A stretch of 64,000 nt of DNA from a plasmid, in sequence record NZ_AP019754.1. The stretch is one strand, 5' to 3'. Shown here in pieces: positions 11,111-20,950 of this stretch. The position numbers and the translations under genes are program-made. Position 1 is the stretch's first letter. Each line of letters opens with the position of its first letter. The notes beneath the pieces are model-generated. The model ran no database searches and had not been told where the DNA came from. It was given only the letters and a program-made list of their open reading frames with translations.

Positions 11111-11239
11111 GGTCCTGGTCGTGAGAACCGGACTCAGCCTGTCACACAGGGTTGAGAACGCCTGACATTCGATCCGTTTAAAGATTTTCGCTGCCTGAAC
11201 CCGACTCAGGCAGCAAGAGACAACGCAAAGGTGGCATCA

Positions 11240-12130
11240 ATGAAAATCGCTTTCGATGTAGATGTAATCAAAGATCTGGGCATCACCAAAATGGTCCAAC
11301 AGGTGTCGGAATGGGGATACAACTACATTGAGCAGTCTCCACATCCGGAAATTAACCCTTTCTATAAGCATCCTCGTGCCAGCCGCGAGATCATGGCTGA
11401 GTATAAAAAGGCGCTGCGCGAAACAGGAGTGGAAATTTCATCGTTTATCTGTGTTTATCGCTGGTCTGGTCCCGATGAACTGCGCCGACAGGCGGCCGTT
11501 AAAAACTGGAAACGTATGGTGGAGATCGCCGTCGAAATGGGCGTACAGGTCATCAATACCGAACTGGCGGGCGATCCTAATCAACCCGAAATCTGCGATG
11601 AAATGTTTTACCGCTCAATGGAAACGCTGCTTCCGCTGTTCGAACGTGAGGGTATCCGTGTTGAAATTCAGGCGCACCCGTGGGACTTCTGTGAAGAGAG
11701 CGATGAGACTGTCAATATGGTCAAGTCGTTCAGGAGTGATAACGTTAAATATGTCTACAGCGTTCCTCATACCTTTTTCTATGATAAAGGAAAAGGCGAC
11801 GTAGAGAAGATGCTCCGTCATGCCGGACACGATCTGTCCCATGTTCTTATTGCCGATACCATGAACCACACGAAGCATTGCCGTTACATCGTTAACCCAC
11901 CAGGCGTGGATGCCACTATTCATCAGCACGTTGGCATCGGCGAAGGCGAAGTAGATTTTGACACGCTGTTCCGAACGTTGCGTGAAATGAAGTTTGCAGA
12001 GCAGACGTTCAAAGTAGGGGGAGAGCCTATTGTGGCCGCATCGCTTTTTGGTTATCCGGAAAAAATGAAGTATCAGGCCGTGGAAACCCGCGAGCGGATA
12101 GAGCGAGAATTGCTTACGCCTCATCCATGA
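11240..12130 (+). CDS. Sugar phosphate isomerase/epimerase family protein (xylose isomerase-like TIM barrel), second copy
   Basis: The ATG at 11240 has an AAAGG 8 nt upstream; the alternative GTG at 11231 is less likely. TIM-barrel isomerase-like over about 296 aa. It is not a duplicate of the 9024 gene. Confidence 0.7.
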   Translation: MKIAFDVDVIKDLGITKMVQQVSEWGYNYIEQSPHPEINPFYKHPRASREIMAEYKKALRETGVEISSFICVYRWSGPDELRRQAAVKNWKRMVEIAVEMGVQVINTELAGDPNQPEICDEMFYRSMETLLPLFEREGIRVEIQAHPWDFCEESDETVNMVKSFRSDNVKYVYSVPHTFFYDKGKGDVEKMLRHAGHDLSHVLIADTMNHTKHCRYIVNPPGVDATIHQHVGIGEGEVDFDTLFRTLREMKFAEQTFKVGGEPIVAASLFGYPEKMKYQAVETRERIERELLTPHP

Positions 12131-12529
12131 GTGATGTGCCCGGTGACATGTAAAATTGCTGCCGGGCTTTAAAATATGCCTTCCCAGTATTTGCATGCCA
12201 GCGCCTTCCTGTAGAGCAGGCCATAATCAGCACCGTTGAAGCCGCACAAAGGTCGGGTGCCCCTTTGTCGTACTCGCCTGCTTGCCGCTGCGTTCAGCGA
12301 TTTTACGCCTTTCTCTCCGATAATGACCGATGACCTTTTCTCTCACGCCTTACCACAGAAGGCTTAATCAGAATCAGGGAATGAGGGCTGATTTTTACAC
12401 TGTGCAAATTAAGCTGGCTCAGAAGGGGGCAACCGCCCGGTAGATCACTAACAGATCGTCGCTATGTTGACGAGAGAGGCCAATGCAGGCCATGCGCTTT
12501 CGCATAGCCTGTCTCTGTGGTCTGCACCG

Positions 12530-13858
12530 CTACATCATTTGTGGCTGGCGAATAACGTTACCTTTATCAAAGCGTGAGAGCCGGTAGGGGGCAAGGTCGG
12601 TATAAACGGGCTTGTTCGTCATCATCTGCGCACACAGCAGTCCCGCACCTGGCCCGATGGCAAAACCATGACCACTAAAGCCAGAGGCAATAAACATGCC
12701 CGGGATCTGGCTCACTTCATCAATAACCGGCACCAAATCCGGTGTGGTATCAATCCAGCCCGCCCAGGCATAATCGACTTTTGTTCCCTCCAGCGCGGGG
12801 AACAAGCGGATTAATTCTGCCAGACCATCATTAACGATGCGTTTATCCGGCGTGGGATCGAGAACCCGGATTTTTTCAAAAGGGGAAGGCGTGTCATGAG
12901 ACCAACTCCCCGAGGCTTCAGGGCCTGAAAAGAATGAGCCATTCAGCCGGATTTTCAGTTTCTTTGCCACTTTACTACGGAACATAGGATAAAACTTTGC
13001 GGCATATCGGATGTTCTGCGGCGCCAAATCGATCTGGCCCAGGCCCGGAACGGCAACGGTATAACTGCCATCCAGACGGCGACGAACACAGAGTTGCGGC
13101 GTGCTCAGACAACCTTTTACAATTTCCGGGGCGGCGGTTGTTTTAAACACCGTGCCCAAAATATTGGCGGCGGGGAGTTCAACGCCATATTGTCTGCAAA
13201 AACGCGAGCTCCATGCACCGCCGCAACAGATCACCCGGCTGGCTTTGACTAACCCGCGCTCTGTCCAGACGCCAGAAACGCGTCCGGCGCTGATATCCAG
13301 TGCCCGTACCGCGCAACGCTGGAAAATGCTGGCACCCAAATTTTGCGCACCTTTTGCGATGGCCGGTACCGCCTGTGACGGTTCTGCGCGTCCATCCGTC
13401 GGCGACCACACGCCGCCACGCCAGGCTGTTTTGTCACCAATACGTTCCTGAGCCTCACGCGCGGACAACAACTGGCTGGTAAAGCCAATCTGCTTTGCCT
13501 GCTGGCCCCATTTTTCCCAACGCGCCAGGTCAGCGTCATTTAGCGTGCCATACAGGATGCCGTTGCGCCTGAAGCCCAGATCCATTCCGATTTCAGTACT
13601 GAGTTCATCCCAGCGCTGCAGGCTTCGTATCGCCATCGGCAACTCATGCAAATCACGGTTCTGTTGGCGCACCCAGCCCCAGTTTCTACCTGACTGCTCA
13701 CCGGCAATCACGCCTTTTTCAAACAGCGCAACAGATACGCCTTGTTTAGCCAGTTCATATGCCGTTGACGTCCCCACAACGCCGCCCCCTATTACAACAA
13801 CATCGACGGAGGTGGGGAAGAGGGTGCTGTCATTAACGCTATCGACCTTAATTCGCAT
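12530..13858 (-). CDS. FAD-dependent oxidoreductase, DAO family (PuuB / sarcosine-oxidase-beta-like amine oxidase)
   Basis: N-terminal dinucleotide-binding motif VVVIGGGVVGTSTAYELAKQGVSVALFEKG. 442 aa. The C-terminal GFSGHGF is typical of the DAO family. Confidence 0.85.
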   Translation of the reverse strand: MRIKVDSVNDSTLFPTSVDVVVIGGGVVGTSTAYELAKQGVSVALFEKGVIAGEQSGRNWGWVRQQNRDLHELPMAIRSLQRWDELSTEIGMDLGFRRNGILYGTLNDADLARWEKWGQQAKQIGFTSQLLSAREAQERIGDKTAWRGGVWSPTDGRAEPSQAVPAIAKGAQNLGASIFQRCAVRALDISAGRVSGVWTERGLVKASRVICCGGAWSSRFCRQYGVELPAANILGTVFKTTAAPEIVKGCLSTPQLCVRRRLDGSYTVAVPGLGQIDLAPQNIRYAAKFYPMFRSKVAKKLKIRLNGSFFSGPEASGSWSHDTPSPFEKIRVLDPTPDKRIVNDGLAELIRLFPALEGTKVDYAWAGWIDTTPDLVPVIDEVSQIPGMFIASGFSGHGFAIGPGAGLLCAQMMTNKPVYTDLAPYRLSRFDKGNVIRQPQMM

Positions 13859-13872
13859 GAGTTAACCTTGTT

Positions 13873-14484
13873 TCAAATATGATGTCGGGGCGGAATATGC
13901 ATAATCCACAACACACGGGCTTCGGTATCGCTGTCGTTAAAAATGTTATGCGGCAGATGGCTTTTAAACTGAAAGCTGTCGCCCGCTTCGATGAAGGTCG
14001 TTTCACCATTCACCTCAAGCGCAAGCCGGCCCTCCATGACCACACCTGCTTTTTCACCTATCCCCGTCAGCATCTCTTCAGAACGCGTGCGGGGAGGGAT
14101 GCTGATATACATGAACTGGATATCGTGTTCGCCGGACGGCGATAACATCTCTTTGCTAATGCCCTGCTTGCCAACCTGAAAATGCGGTCGCTCACGCCAG
14201 CGACGAACATAGTGTTCAGCACCTGGCCGCATCACCTCATGCTGTTCAAGAAAAGCGGTCAAGGGGACATTCAAGACCACCCGAAGCTGCTCCAGTACCC
14301 GTACCGTCGGGTTAGCCAGATTACGTTCAATCTGGCTAATTGCCCCTGCCGACACATTGGCCTGTTGCGCCAGTTCTTTGATAGTCATATTGCGAGACTT
14401 GCGTATTAATTTTAACCGTACGCCAATATTGATCTCGACGGCACTCAGATCCTCAGAGTGCATTAACGCTGTTTTCATCACCAT
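13873..14484 (-). CDS. XRE family transcriptional regulator with C-terminal cupin domain (PuuR-like architecture)
   Basis: HTH_3 (MTIKELAQQANVSAGAISQIERNLANPTV) followed by a cupin fold. 203 aa. Confidence 0.8.
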   Translation of the reverse strand: MVMKTALMHSEDLSAVEINIGVRLKLIRKSRNMTIKELAQQANVSAGAISQIERNLANPTVRVLEQLRVVLNVPLTAFLEQHEVMRPGAEHYVRRWRERPHFQVGKQGISKEMLSPSGEHDIQFMYISIPPRTRSEEMLTGIGEKAGVVMEGRLALEVNGETTFIEAGDSFQFKSHLPHNIFNDSDTEARVLWIMHIPPRHHI

Positions 14485-14523
14485 GTTCCTTAAGGTTTCG
14501 TGCCTCCGTGCATGAAAGCGCGA

Positions 14524-15279
14524 TTAGGGCATTCCCCACTTAGCTTTGATTTTTTGCAAAGTGCCATCCGCTTTCATCGCCGTCAGGGCGGTATTGATAT
14601 CGGCAAGCAGCTTATCGTTGCCTTTTTTCACACCAAAGGCCATGGGCGCGATATGCTCGGGCTTATAACCATCCACCACATGCATGCCTTTGTACGCGCC
14701 TGATTTTTCCTGATATTTCATGATCGGGTAATCGTTCATGCCCGCCGCGATACGACCCAGCGACAGATCACGCATCATGTCTGCCGGACTGTCGTACACT
14801 TTCACCTCTTTCGGGATACCGCTCTTGATCAGAGCCTGCGTGTAATCGGTGCCTGTCATGGTGCCAACGATGTCACCTTTCAGATCCTGCTGAGAGCGAT
14901 AGACTTTTTTGTTGTCATCACGCACAACCAATCCGGGTCCGAATGCGGTGACCGGCTGTGAGAACGAGATACGTTTTTCACGCTCGGGTGTTGGTGTCAT
15001 CCCGGCCACGATCATGTCAATTTTGCCAGCAATCACAGACTGAATCAGCGTAGAGAAGGGCACAGCCGTAAAGTTAACATCCAGGTGCTGACGTTTAGCC
15101 ACTTCGGCAGCCACATCCGGCATGAAGCCTTCAATCTTACCGGTTTTCGTATCCAGAAATGTCGTTGGCGCACTGGAGGGCGGCGAGCCTGCCGTTAGTG
15201 TGGCAGCGTGCGCACTGTAAGTGACACCGAGGGCAACAGACAATAAAGCCATAGTAACGTGCGACCGAATAGACATCAC
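14524..15279 (-). CDS. Polar amino acid ABC transporter substrate-binding protein (family 3 SBP)
   Basis: Signal peptide (MMSIRSHVTMALLSVALGVTYSAHAA) followed by an SBP_bac_3-like sequence. 251 aa. Confidence 0.85.
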   Translation of the reverse strand: MMSIRSHVTMALLSVALGVTYSAHAATLTAGSPPSSAPTTFLDTKTGKIEGFMPDVAAEVAKRQHLDVNFTAVPFSTLIQSVIAGKIDMIVAGMTPTPEREKRISFSQPVTAFGPGLVVRDDNKKVYRSQQDLKGDIVGTMTGTDYTQALIKSGIPKEVKVYDSPADMMRDLSLGRIAAGMNDYPIMKYQEKSGAYKGMHVVDGYKPEHIAPMAFGVKKGNDKLLADINTALTAMKADGTLQKIKAKWGMP

Positions 15280-15546
15280 TCACTCCTGATTAACATGCGA
15301 ACAATTAACTTCACTATAATGAAATTAAATCCCCTCCTGTCAATCTTTTCTTTTTAAAAATGCTGCGCCTCACAAATTAACATAAAACCCTTTTATTTCG
15401 GGGCAAAGTGAGCCTTCAATCCATTTTGTTACATGAATAAGTTAATGCTATGACGTCATCCGATGAAAAGTTTGACAATATTTACGGGTAGCCATATTCA
15501 TTAAAATGAATTTTAGCCTCACACTCAACACCGGCGGGAGCGCATA

Positions 15547-16197
15547 ATGGACTGGAGCAGTATTCACGTTTACCTTCCCTTTCTTTTGCAAGGGGCGGAA
15601 ATGACAATTTATATCACGATCTTGTCCTTGCTCATCAGCACGCCGTTAGGTCTGGTGTTTGCTGCCGCAAAAATGTGTCCTTTTAAAATCATCTCCTGGC
15701 CCGTGAGCGTCATCATCAATATCACGCGTGCCTTACCGATGATTGTGGTGCTGTTTTATATCTATTTCGTTTTCCCCGATATCGGCATTACCCTGACATC
15801 GTTTCAGGCCAGCGTGGTCGGTATCGCTTTCTGCTTTTCTACCTTCCTCGCAGAGATTTTTCGCTCGGGTATTGAATCGGTCGATCGTGGTCAGCTTGAA
15901 GCGGCGCGCTCGATGGGCATGAGCTTCTTTAAAGCGATGCGGCGCGTCATCCTGCCTCAGGCTTTTCATGTCGCGCTGCCGCCGTATAGCAATACGCTGG
16001 TGATGATGCTGAAAGATTCTGCGCTGGCATCAACGATTGCGGTTACCGAAATGACCCGGCAGGGACAGCTTCTGGCCGCCTCAACCTTTGATAACACCAC
16101 CGTATATACGCTGGTGGCGTTACTTTATCTGACGTTGTGCATGCCACTGCTGGCTTTCACTAAGCACCTTGAAAATCGTCAGAAAAAAGGAGCCTGA
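15547..16197 (+). CDS. Polar amino acid ABC transporter permease (GlnP/HisM family)
   Basis: The N-terminus [20 protein letters not shown] parallels GlnP ([22 protein letters not shown]). It carries an EAA loop and is 216 aa. Confidence 0.85.
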   Translation: MDWSSIHVYLPFLLQGAEMTIYITILSLLISTPLGLVFAAAKMCPFKIISWPVSVIINITRALPMIVVLFYIYFVFPDIGITLTSFQASVVGIAFCFSTFLAEIFRSGIESVDRGQLEAARSMGMSFFKAMRRVILPQAFHVALPPYSNTLVMMLKDSALASTIAVTEMTRQGQLLAASTFDNTTVYTLVALLYLTLCMPLLAFTKHLENRQKKGA

Positions 16198-16198
16198 G

Positions 16199-16945
16199 AT
16201 GATTGAAATTCGTGATGTCCATAAGCGGTTCGGTGCTGTCGAAGTGCTGAAAGGGGTAAGTTTCCGCGTCGATGAGGGCGAAGTGGTATGCCTGGTGGGG
16301 CCCTCCGGTTCCGGAAAATCGACTGTGCTGCGCTGTATTAACGGGCTTGAAACCTATGAAAGCGGCACCATTCGCGTGCTCGACCAGCATGTTGACAGTA
16401 AAAGTAAAAATATCAATTCGCTTCGGCGCCAGATAGGAATGGTTTTCCAACGATTTAACCTCTTTCCGCACCGTAGCGTGCTGGAAAACGTGATGGAAGG
16501 TCCGATTTACGTTAACGGTGAATCGCGCAGTAAAGCCGAAAAGATAGCCAAAGAGTTGCTGGAAAGAGTAGGACTGGCCGACAAAGTCTCCGCCTGGCCG
16601 TCGCAGCTTTCCGGTGGTCAGCAGCAGCGCGTGGCCATCGCCCGAACGCTGGCATTGCAGCCGAAAGCCATTCTTTTCGACGAACCGACATCAGCACTGG
16701 ATCCGGAGTTAGTCGGCGAGGTTCTGCAGGTCATGCGCAACCTGGCACAGCAGGGAATGACCATGATCGTGGTCACGCATGAGATGCAGTTTGCAAGAGA
16801 GGTCGCCGATCGCGTCTGTTTCCTGCACAGCGGACAAATTGTGGAGCAGGGCCACGCTGAACAGGTGCTGTTGCGCCCTCAGGAGGCGCGCACGCAAGAT
16901 TTCCTACGGCGGGTTCTGGGAACATCTGCGTCCGGAACAGGATGA
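16199..16945 (+). CDS. Polar amino acid ABC transporter ATP-binding protein (GlnQ-like)
   Basis: The ATG at 16199 has AAGGAG upstream and abuts the permease stop. Walker [10 protein letters not shown], signature [13 protein letters not shown], Walker [12 protein letters not shown]. 248 aa. Confidence 0.9.
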   Translation: MIEIRDVHKRFGAVEVLKGVSFRVDEGEVVCLVGPSGSGKSTVLRCINGLETYESGTIRVLDQHVDSKSKNINSLRRQIGMVFQRFNLFPHRSVLENVMEGPIYVNGESRSKAEKIAKELLERVGLADKVSAWPSQLSGGQQQRVAIARTLALQPKAILFDEPTSALDPELVGEVLQVMRNLAQQGMTMIVVTHEMQFAREVADRVCFLHSGQIVEQGHAEQVLLRPQEARTQDFLRRVLGTSASGTG

Positions 16946-17348
16946 GACGGGAGCAATTCTGTCACTCCTGAGACTTTTTAGCGCCTCAAGAAAGGGCATG
17001 ACGCGCAAACAGCGGATTGATGACGTTACCGTGCAGATACACCCGCCTTGCTGATGGCCACAATCAGCGCGGTTCCGCCGAATCCCCATCCCCAGAATGT
17101 TTTCGCAGACTTAATTTTCCTGTCACAAGCGCCTTTAGCATTGTCAGTTCCCTGTCTGAATCCGGTTATATTCGGTCAACGACAGGCTCAAACAGAAACT
17201 TTCCTGACATTCTCTTTGAAGACACGCTACCAGACCGAAAGGATGGCCGCGTGTGCGTGAGGCCCGTCAGGTACGGGGAAAGCGTGTCCGGAGAAGGATA
17301 ACCGTGCAGCTTCCGGATGATGCATTTACCCGGCATCAGTCGTCGGAC

Positions 17349-17382
17349 AAAAAAAGGCCCGTCAGCATGAACGCGACGGGCC
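17349..17382 (-). terminator. Rho-independent terminator on the minus strand, ending the MCP / small-ORF transcript
   Basis: On the minus strand an 8-bp GC-rich stem GGCCCGUC/GACGGGCC with an 11-nt loop is followed by UUUUUUU (plus coordinates 17356-17382 and A-run 17349-17355). Confidence 0.6.
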
Positions 17383-17482
17383 AGCACGGAGGCGACGAAA
17401 ATATTTCTGACAACAGACACATCACAACGGAGTAACGTTAACCAATATTCTGCGAAAGACGTATTTCAGCTGCAGGGAGAGT

Positions 17483-17812
17483 TTATCGGGGCTTGCTGCC
17501 ATTCTCTCTGGCCTGGTGCTCCAGGCATCTTATAAAATTCTCTATTATCTGCACAGAGTAAGTTATGGCCAGCAACTCTGCCGTGAGCTGGACATCCATA
17601 CGCATCAGCGTCTCCATGACGCCGGGCTTGCTGAGGACCGGCTTCATATTTTTTACCCGGTCCATCAGATGTGTCCAGTTATTGATAAAGGTGTCCGGGT
17701 CAGCATAGGTTCCATCCCTCAGTTGCGTGTAAATCGCGTCAACATCCGCTTTCATTAGCCTGACGGCCTTAATCAGTCTTTCCTCGTAAGTGGGCTGGTT
17801 TTCATCAGACAC
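17483..17812 (-). CDS. Hypothetical small protein (about 109 aa), translationally coupled to the 3' end of the upstream MCP gene
   Basis: The ORF starts with GTG at 17812, 8 nt inside the MCP stop region, with a GGTGGA 8 nt upstream. There are no recognisable motifs. The terminator follows about 100 nt downstream. Confidence 0.45.
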   Translation of the reverse strand: MSDENQPTYEERLIKAVRLMKADVDAIYTQLRDGTYADPDTFINNWTHLMDRVKNMKPVLSKPGVMETLMRMDVQLTAELLAITYSVQIIENFIRCLEHQARENGSKPR

Positions 17813-19349
17813 GGAACGTTTCCACCATACATCTCAGCGCATGCGCCTGCTCAGACAGTGACTGCGAAGCCGAGGATGACTCCTCGACCAGCGCCGCGTT
17901 GTTCTGCGTCACGCCGTCCATCTGACTCACGGCAACACTCACCTGCGAAATGCCCTGCATCTGCTCTGCGGACGCCAGGGAGATGTTATCCATCGCCTCA
18001 GCGAGCTCACCGACCAGGCCGACCACCTTCTGGATACTCTGTCCGGTCGATGAAGCTACGCCGACGCCGCTTTCAATCTGATCGACGGCCTGCTCAATCA
18101 GCGTCTTGATGTCCTTTGCGGCCGTCGCGCTGCGCTGTGCCAGCGTACGCACCTCTCCGGCTACCACGGCAAATCCGCGTCCCTCTTCACCTGCGCGGGC
18201 CGCTTCCACCGCGGCGTTCAGTGCCAGAATGTTGGTCTGGAACGCGATGCCCTCAATCACTGACGTGATGTCGCGGACTTTTGCGGCACTCGCTGAGATG
18301 TCCTGCATGGTCACTGACATGCGCTGTACGTCCGACCCGCCTGCGTGAGCCAGCTGCGCGGTCCCACGGGCGGACTCTGCTGTCTGCTGCGCACTGGCCG
18401 CGTTGCTCTTCACCGTGGCGGTCAGCTGCTCCATGCTGGCGGCCGTTTCCTGCAGCGCAGCCGCCTGCTGTTCGGTGCGGGATGACAGTTCAGTATTACC
18501 CTGCGCGATTTCGTCCGAGGCGAGGGCCACAGAGGCAGAGGTCTCTTTAATCTGCGACACCAGGCCGCGCAGGTTGGCCTGCATGCTGTCAAGCGACGCC
18601 AGCAGGCTGGTCGTGTCGTTGCGGCGAAGCACGACCGGCGATGTGAGGTCGCCGGCCGCAATGGTGGCGGCCAGTGCCTGCGCCTGGGCAGGCTCACCGC
18701 CCAGCTGGCGCATTAGTACACGGACAACCAATACACAGGCCCCGACACTGATGAAAATGGATGCACCGGCCAGAAGGATCAGGATGAGAGATGAGCGTGA
18801 AGTTGAAGTGCTGTTCTCCTTCACCTCAGCAAAGCTTGTCTTCTGCTGTATCCCTGTCACAACCTGCAAATCGCTGAGCATTTTATCCTGCACGGGCTGG
18901 ACCTCTTTTGTCAGACACTCAAAGAAGTCTTTATCGCGATTGGCCAGGCCAAGCTGACTGGCCTTTGCAAAAATGGCAAAAAAAGAGGCCTCTGTATCGG
19001 TCAGTCTCTTGAAAGCGTTCCGTCCTGCCGGAAGAGAATCGATCTTCAGCAAGTCACCAAGAGCCTGGCGGTTAGCGCTATATTGCGCCTGAGTTTTCTG
19101 CATGCGCTCTGCTACGGGTTTCATTGCCACAGGATCGCTCAGCAGCCCAAGCGTTCTGACGTCTATGGACATCTCTCTCAGTTCACCGAGCATGTCCTGC
19201 GCAATTTGGTACTTTTTCATTTTGATGTTTACGATCCTGTCCATTCCTTCCCGGGCTTTATAGAGCGCATTCAGCGCAGTACCGGTGCAGATGATGAACA
19301 GGAAGATAAGCAGGCCGAAACCTGCAGCAAGGCGAGTCGATATTTTCAT
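17805..19349 (-). CDS. Methyl-accepting chemotaxis protein (4HB periplasmic sensor, HAMP, MA signalling domain)
   Basis: 514 aa with two TM segments. It contains the highly conserved MCP signalling core [43 protein letters not shown]. It does not end in the NWETF-type pentapeptide. Confidence 0.9.
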   Translation of the reverse strand: MKISTRLAAGFGLLIFLFIICTGTALNALYKAREGMDRIVNIKMKKYQIAQDMLGELREMSIDVRTLGLLSDPVAMKPVAERMQKTQAQYSANRQALGDLLKIDSLPAGRNAFKRLTDTEASFFAIFAKASQLGLANRDKDFFECLTKEVQPVQDKMLSDLQVVTGIQQKTSFAEVKENSTSTSRSSLILILLAGASIFISVGACVLVVRVLMRQLGGEPAQAQALAATIAAGDLTSPVVLRRNDTTSLLASLDSMQANLRGLVSQIKETSASVALASDEIAQGNTELSSRTEQQAAALQETAASMEQLTATVKSNAASAQQTAESARGTAQLAHAGGSDVQRMSVTMQDISASAAKVRDITSVIEGIAFQTNILALNAAVEAARAGEEGRGFAVVAGEVRTLAQRSATAAKDIKTLIEQAVDQIESGVGVASSTGQSIQKVVGLVGELAEAMDNISLASAEQMQGISQVSVAVSQMDGVTQNNAALVEESSSASQSLSEQAHALRCMVETFRV

Positions 19350-19896
19350 GTCTTTTCTCGTTATATAGGGCGTTCTGGTGTTGGTTAATCTTTGCCGGAC
19401 GTCAAGAGCAGTCCGACCGGATTAATCCTAGATGGGTTTTTGCATTTAGTGCTTATTTCGCCCCAGTATTACTGAGAATAATCTGAAAAAAATTGTTTCT
19501 GCGTACTTCAATTGCCTGCGCAACGGCTTTGCCTGACGTCGGAATCTGTCATCTCAGTCACGTCCAGCCCCACTGATGGGGTTGCCTTCAGAAAACCCTT
19601 ATGATGAGAAATCCGTCACGCACAATAAGTTGATTGAGAGACTAAACATCCTTTTCCAACAAACATCTCTCCCCGATCGAAAAGCCGCGATAATCCGTGC
19701 CATTACTCTACTTACCTGAGTCCGTGACCAGACAATCCCGGCTTGACGTGAAATGAATGCCCCTTTTTAGGAGGCGCAGGCCATCTGGGCTGATTGACAG
19801 GTGGTCAGTAAAAAGAGGCCTGTTGCATGGTCAACATGACACATCGTCAGTATGTCAAATTGATTCCAGTGATAAATGATCGACCTGCGTCACAAT

Positions 19897-19923
19897 TAAA
19901 GAAAGCAACTATCGTGACGATAA
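19897..19923 (+). promoter_or_regulatory. Sigma-28 (FliA) class-3 flagellar promoter for the flagellin gene
   Basis: TAAAGAAA-N11-GACGATAA compared with the consensus TAAAGTTT-N11-GCCGATAA. It sits about 40 nt upstream of the flagellin ATG. Confidence 0.6.
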
Positions 19924-19965
19924 CGTTAGGGCGTGATTTGCACGCTTTGACTACAGGGAGTCAAC

Positions 19966-20901
19966 ATGGCCGTTATCAACACAAATACGCTGTCACTGGT
20001 TACGCAGAATAACCTGACAAAGTCACAGTCTTCACTAGGCACGGCGATTGAGCGCCTGTCTTCCGGTCTGCGCATCAACAGTGCAAAAGATGATGCAGCC
20101 GGTGAGGCCATCGCTAACCGTTTCACCTCCAACATCAACGGGATGACCGTTGCCGCCCGCAATGCCAACGACGGTATTTCGCTGTCGCAGACCGCCGAGG
20201 GCGCGCTGACTGAAATTAACAATAATCTGCAGCGAGTTCGTGACCTGACCGTTCAGGCGCAGAACAGCTCTAACTCAGCCTCGGATGTCGACTCGATTCA
20301 GGCTGAAGTTAACCAGCGCATGCAGGAAATCGACCGCGTTACGAAACAGACTGATTTCAACGGTATCAAAGTGCTGAACACCGGCTCCGGCAGCACCACC
20401 TACAATTTCCAGGTGGGCGCAAAAGACGGCGAAACTATTGGTATTGCGCTGAGCTCAAGCGACGGTTTTGACCTGGCTGCAGCGGGCAACGCTTCTACAG
20501 GCACCACTCAGAATACCAGTTCTACGACAGGCCAGACGGTCAACGGCAATGCCCGCACCACGTCAGCCATCGGCTTCGACGTGCTGAAAGGGGCTGTCAC
20601 CGGCGGTTCAGGCGGCACAGCGTCAGGTACCACGCCACTGGCCGACATTGATAAAGCCATCAAAGCGGTCGATAACCAGCGCAGCCTGCTGGGTGCCTCG
20701 CAAAACCGTTTCGAGTCCACCATCAGCAACCTGAACAATACCGTGACAAACCTGACCGCGGCCCGCAGCCGTATTCAGGATGCGGATTACGCGACGGAAG
20801 TGTCGAACATGTCCCGCGCGCAGATCCTGCAGCAGGCGGGCTCTTCTGTACTGGCCCAGGCCAACCAGGTGCCACAGACCATGCTGTCACTGCTCCGCTA
20901 A
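19966..20901 (+). CDS. fliC: Flagellin
   Basis: The N-terminus [53 protein letters not shown] and the C-terminus ...[17 protein letters not shown] are the conserved D0/D1 flagellin termini. 311 aa with a short variable region. Confidence 0.95.
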   Translation: MAVINTNTLSLVTQNNLTKSQSSLGTAIERLSSGLRINSAKDDAAGEAIANRFTSNINGMTVAARNANDGISLSQTAEGALTEINNNLQRVRDLTVQAQNSSNSASDVDSIQAEVNQRMQEIDRVTKQTDFNGIKVLNTGSGSTTYNFQVGAKDGETIGIALSSSDGFDLAAAGNASTGTTQNTSSTTGQTVNGNARTTSAIGFDVLKGAVTGGSGGTASGTTPLADIDKAIKAVDNQRSLLGASQNRFESTISNLNNTVTNLTAARSRIQDADYATEVSNMSRAQILQQAGSSVLAQANQVPQTMLSLLR

Positions 20902-20909
20902 TAAACGCT

Positions 20910-20950
20910 GAGGAACTGGATGCTGTCTGATGCAGTTCCTCACGATTTCG
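20910..20950 (+). terminator. Probable intrinsic terminator after flagellin
   Basis: A 9-bp perfect stem GAGGAACUG/CAGUUCCUC (20910-20918 and 20933-20941) is followed by ACGAUUUCGUC. Confidence 0.5.

Noticed and set aside
13101-13539. Plus- and minus-strand ORFs nested inside the FAD oxidoreductase gene.
   Set aside because: The main frame has a canonical FAD-binding N-terminus and a DAO-family C-terminus. The nested ORFs are frame artefacts.
18106-18957. Several long ORFs antisense or out-of-frame within the MCP genes (for example 18106-18348, 18403-18957, 49296-49724, 22019-22306). They share peptide strings such as [31 protein letters not shown].
   Set aside because: They are the reverse or alternative frames of the highly conserved, GC-rich, Ala-rich MCP signalling domain that is repeated in the three paralogs. 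The repetition of the 'protein' only reflects the repeated MCP core. None has a start or RBS context.
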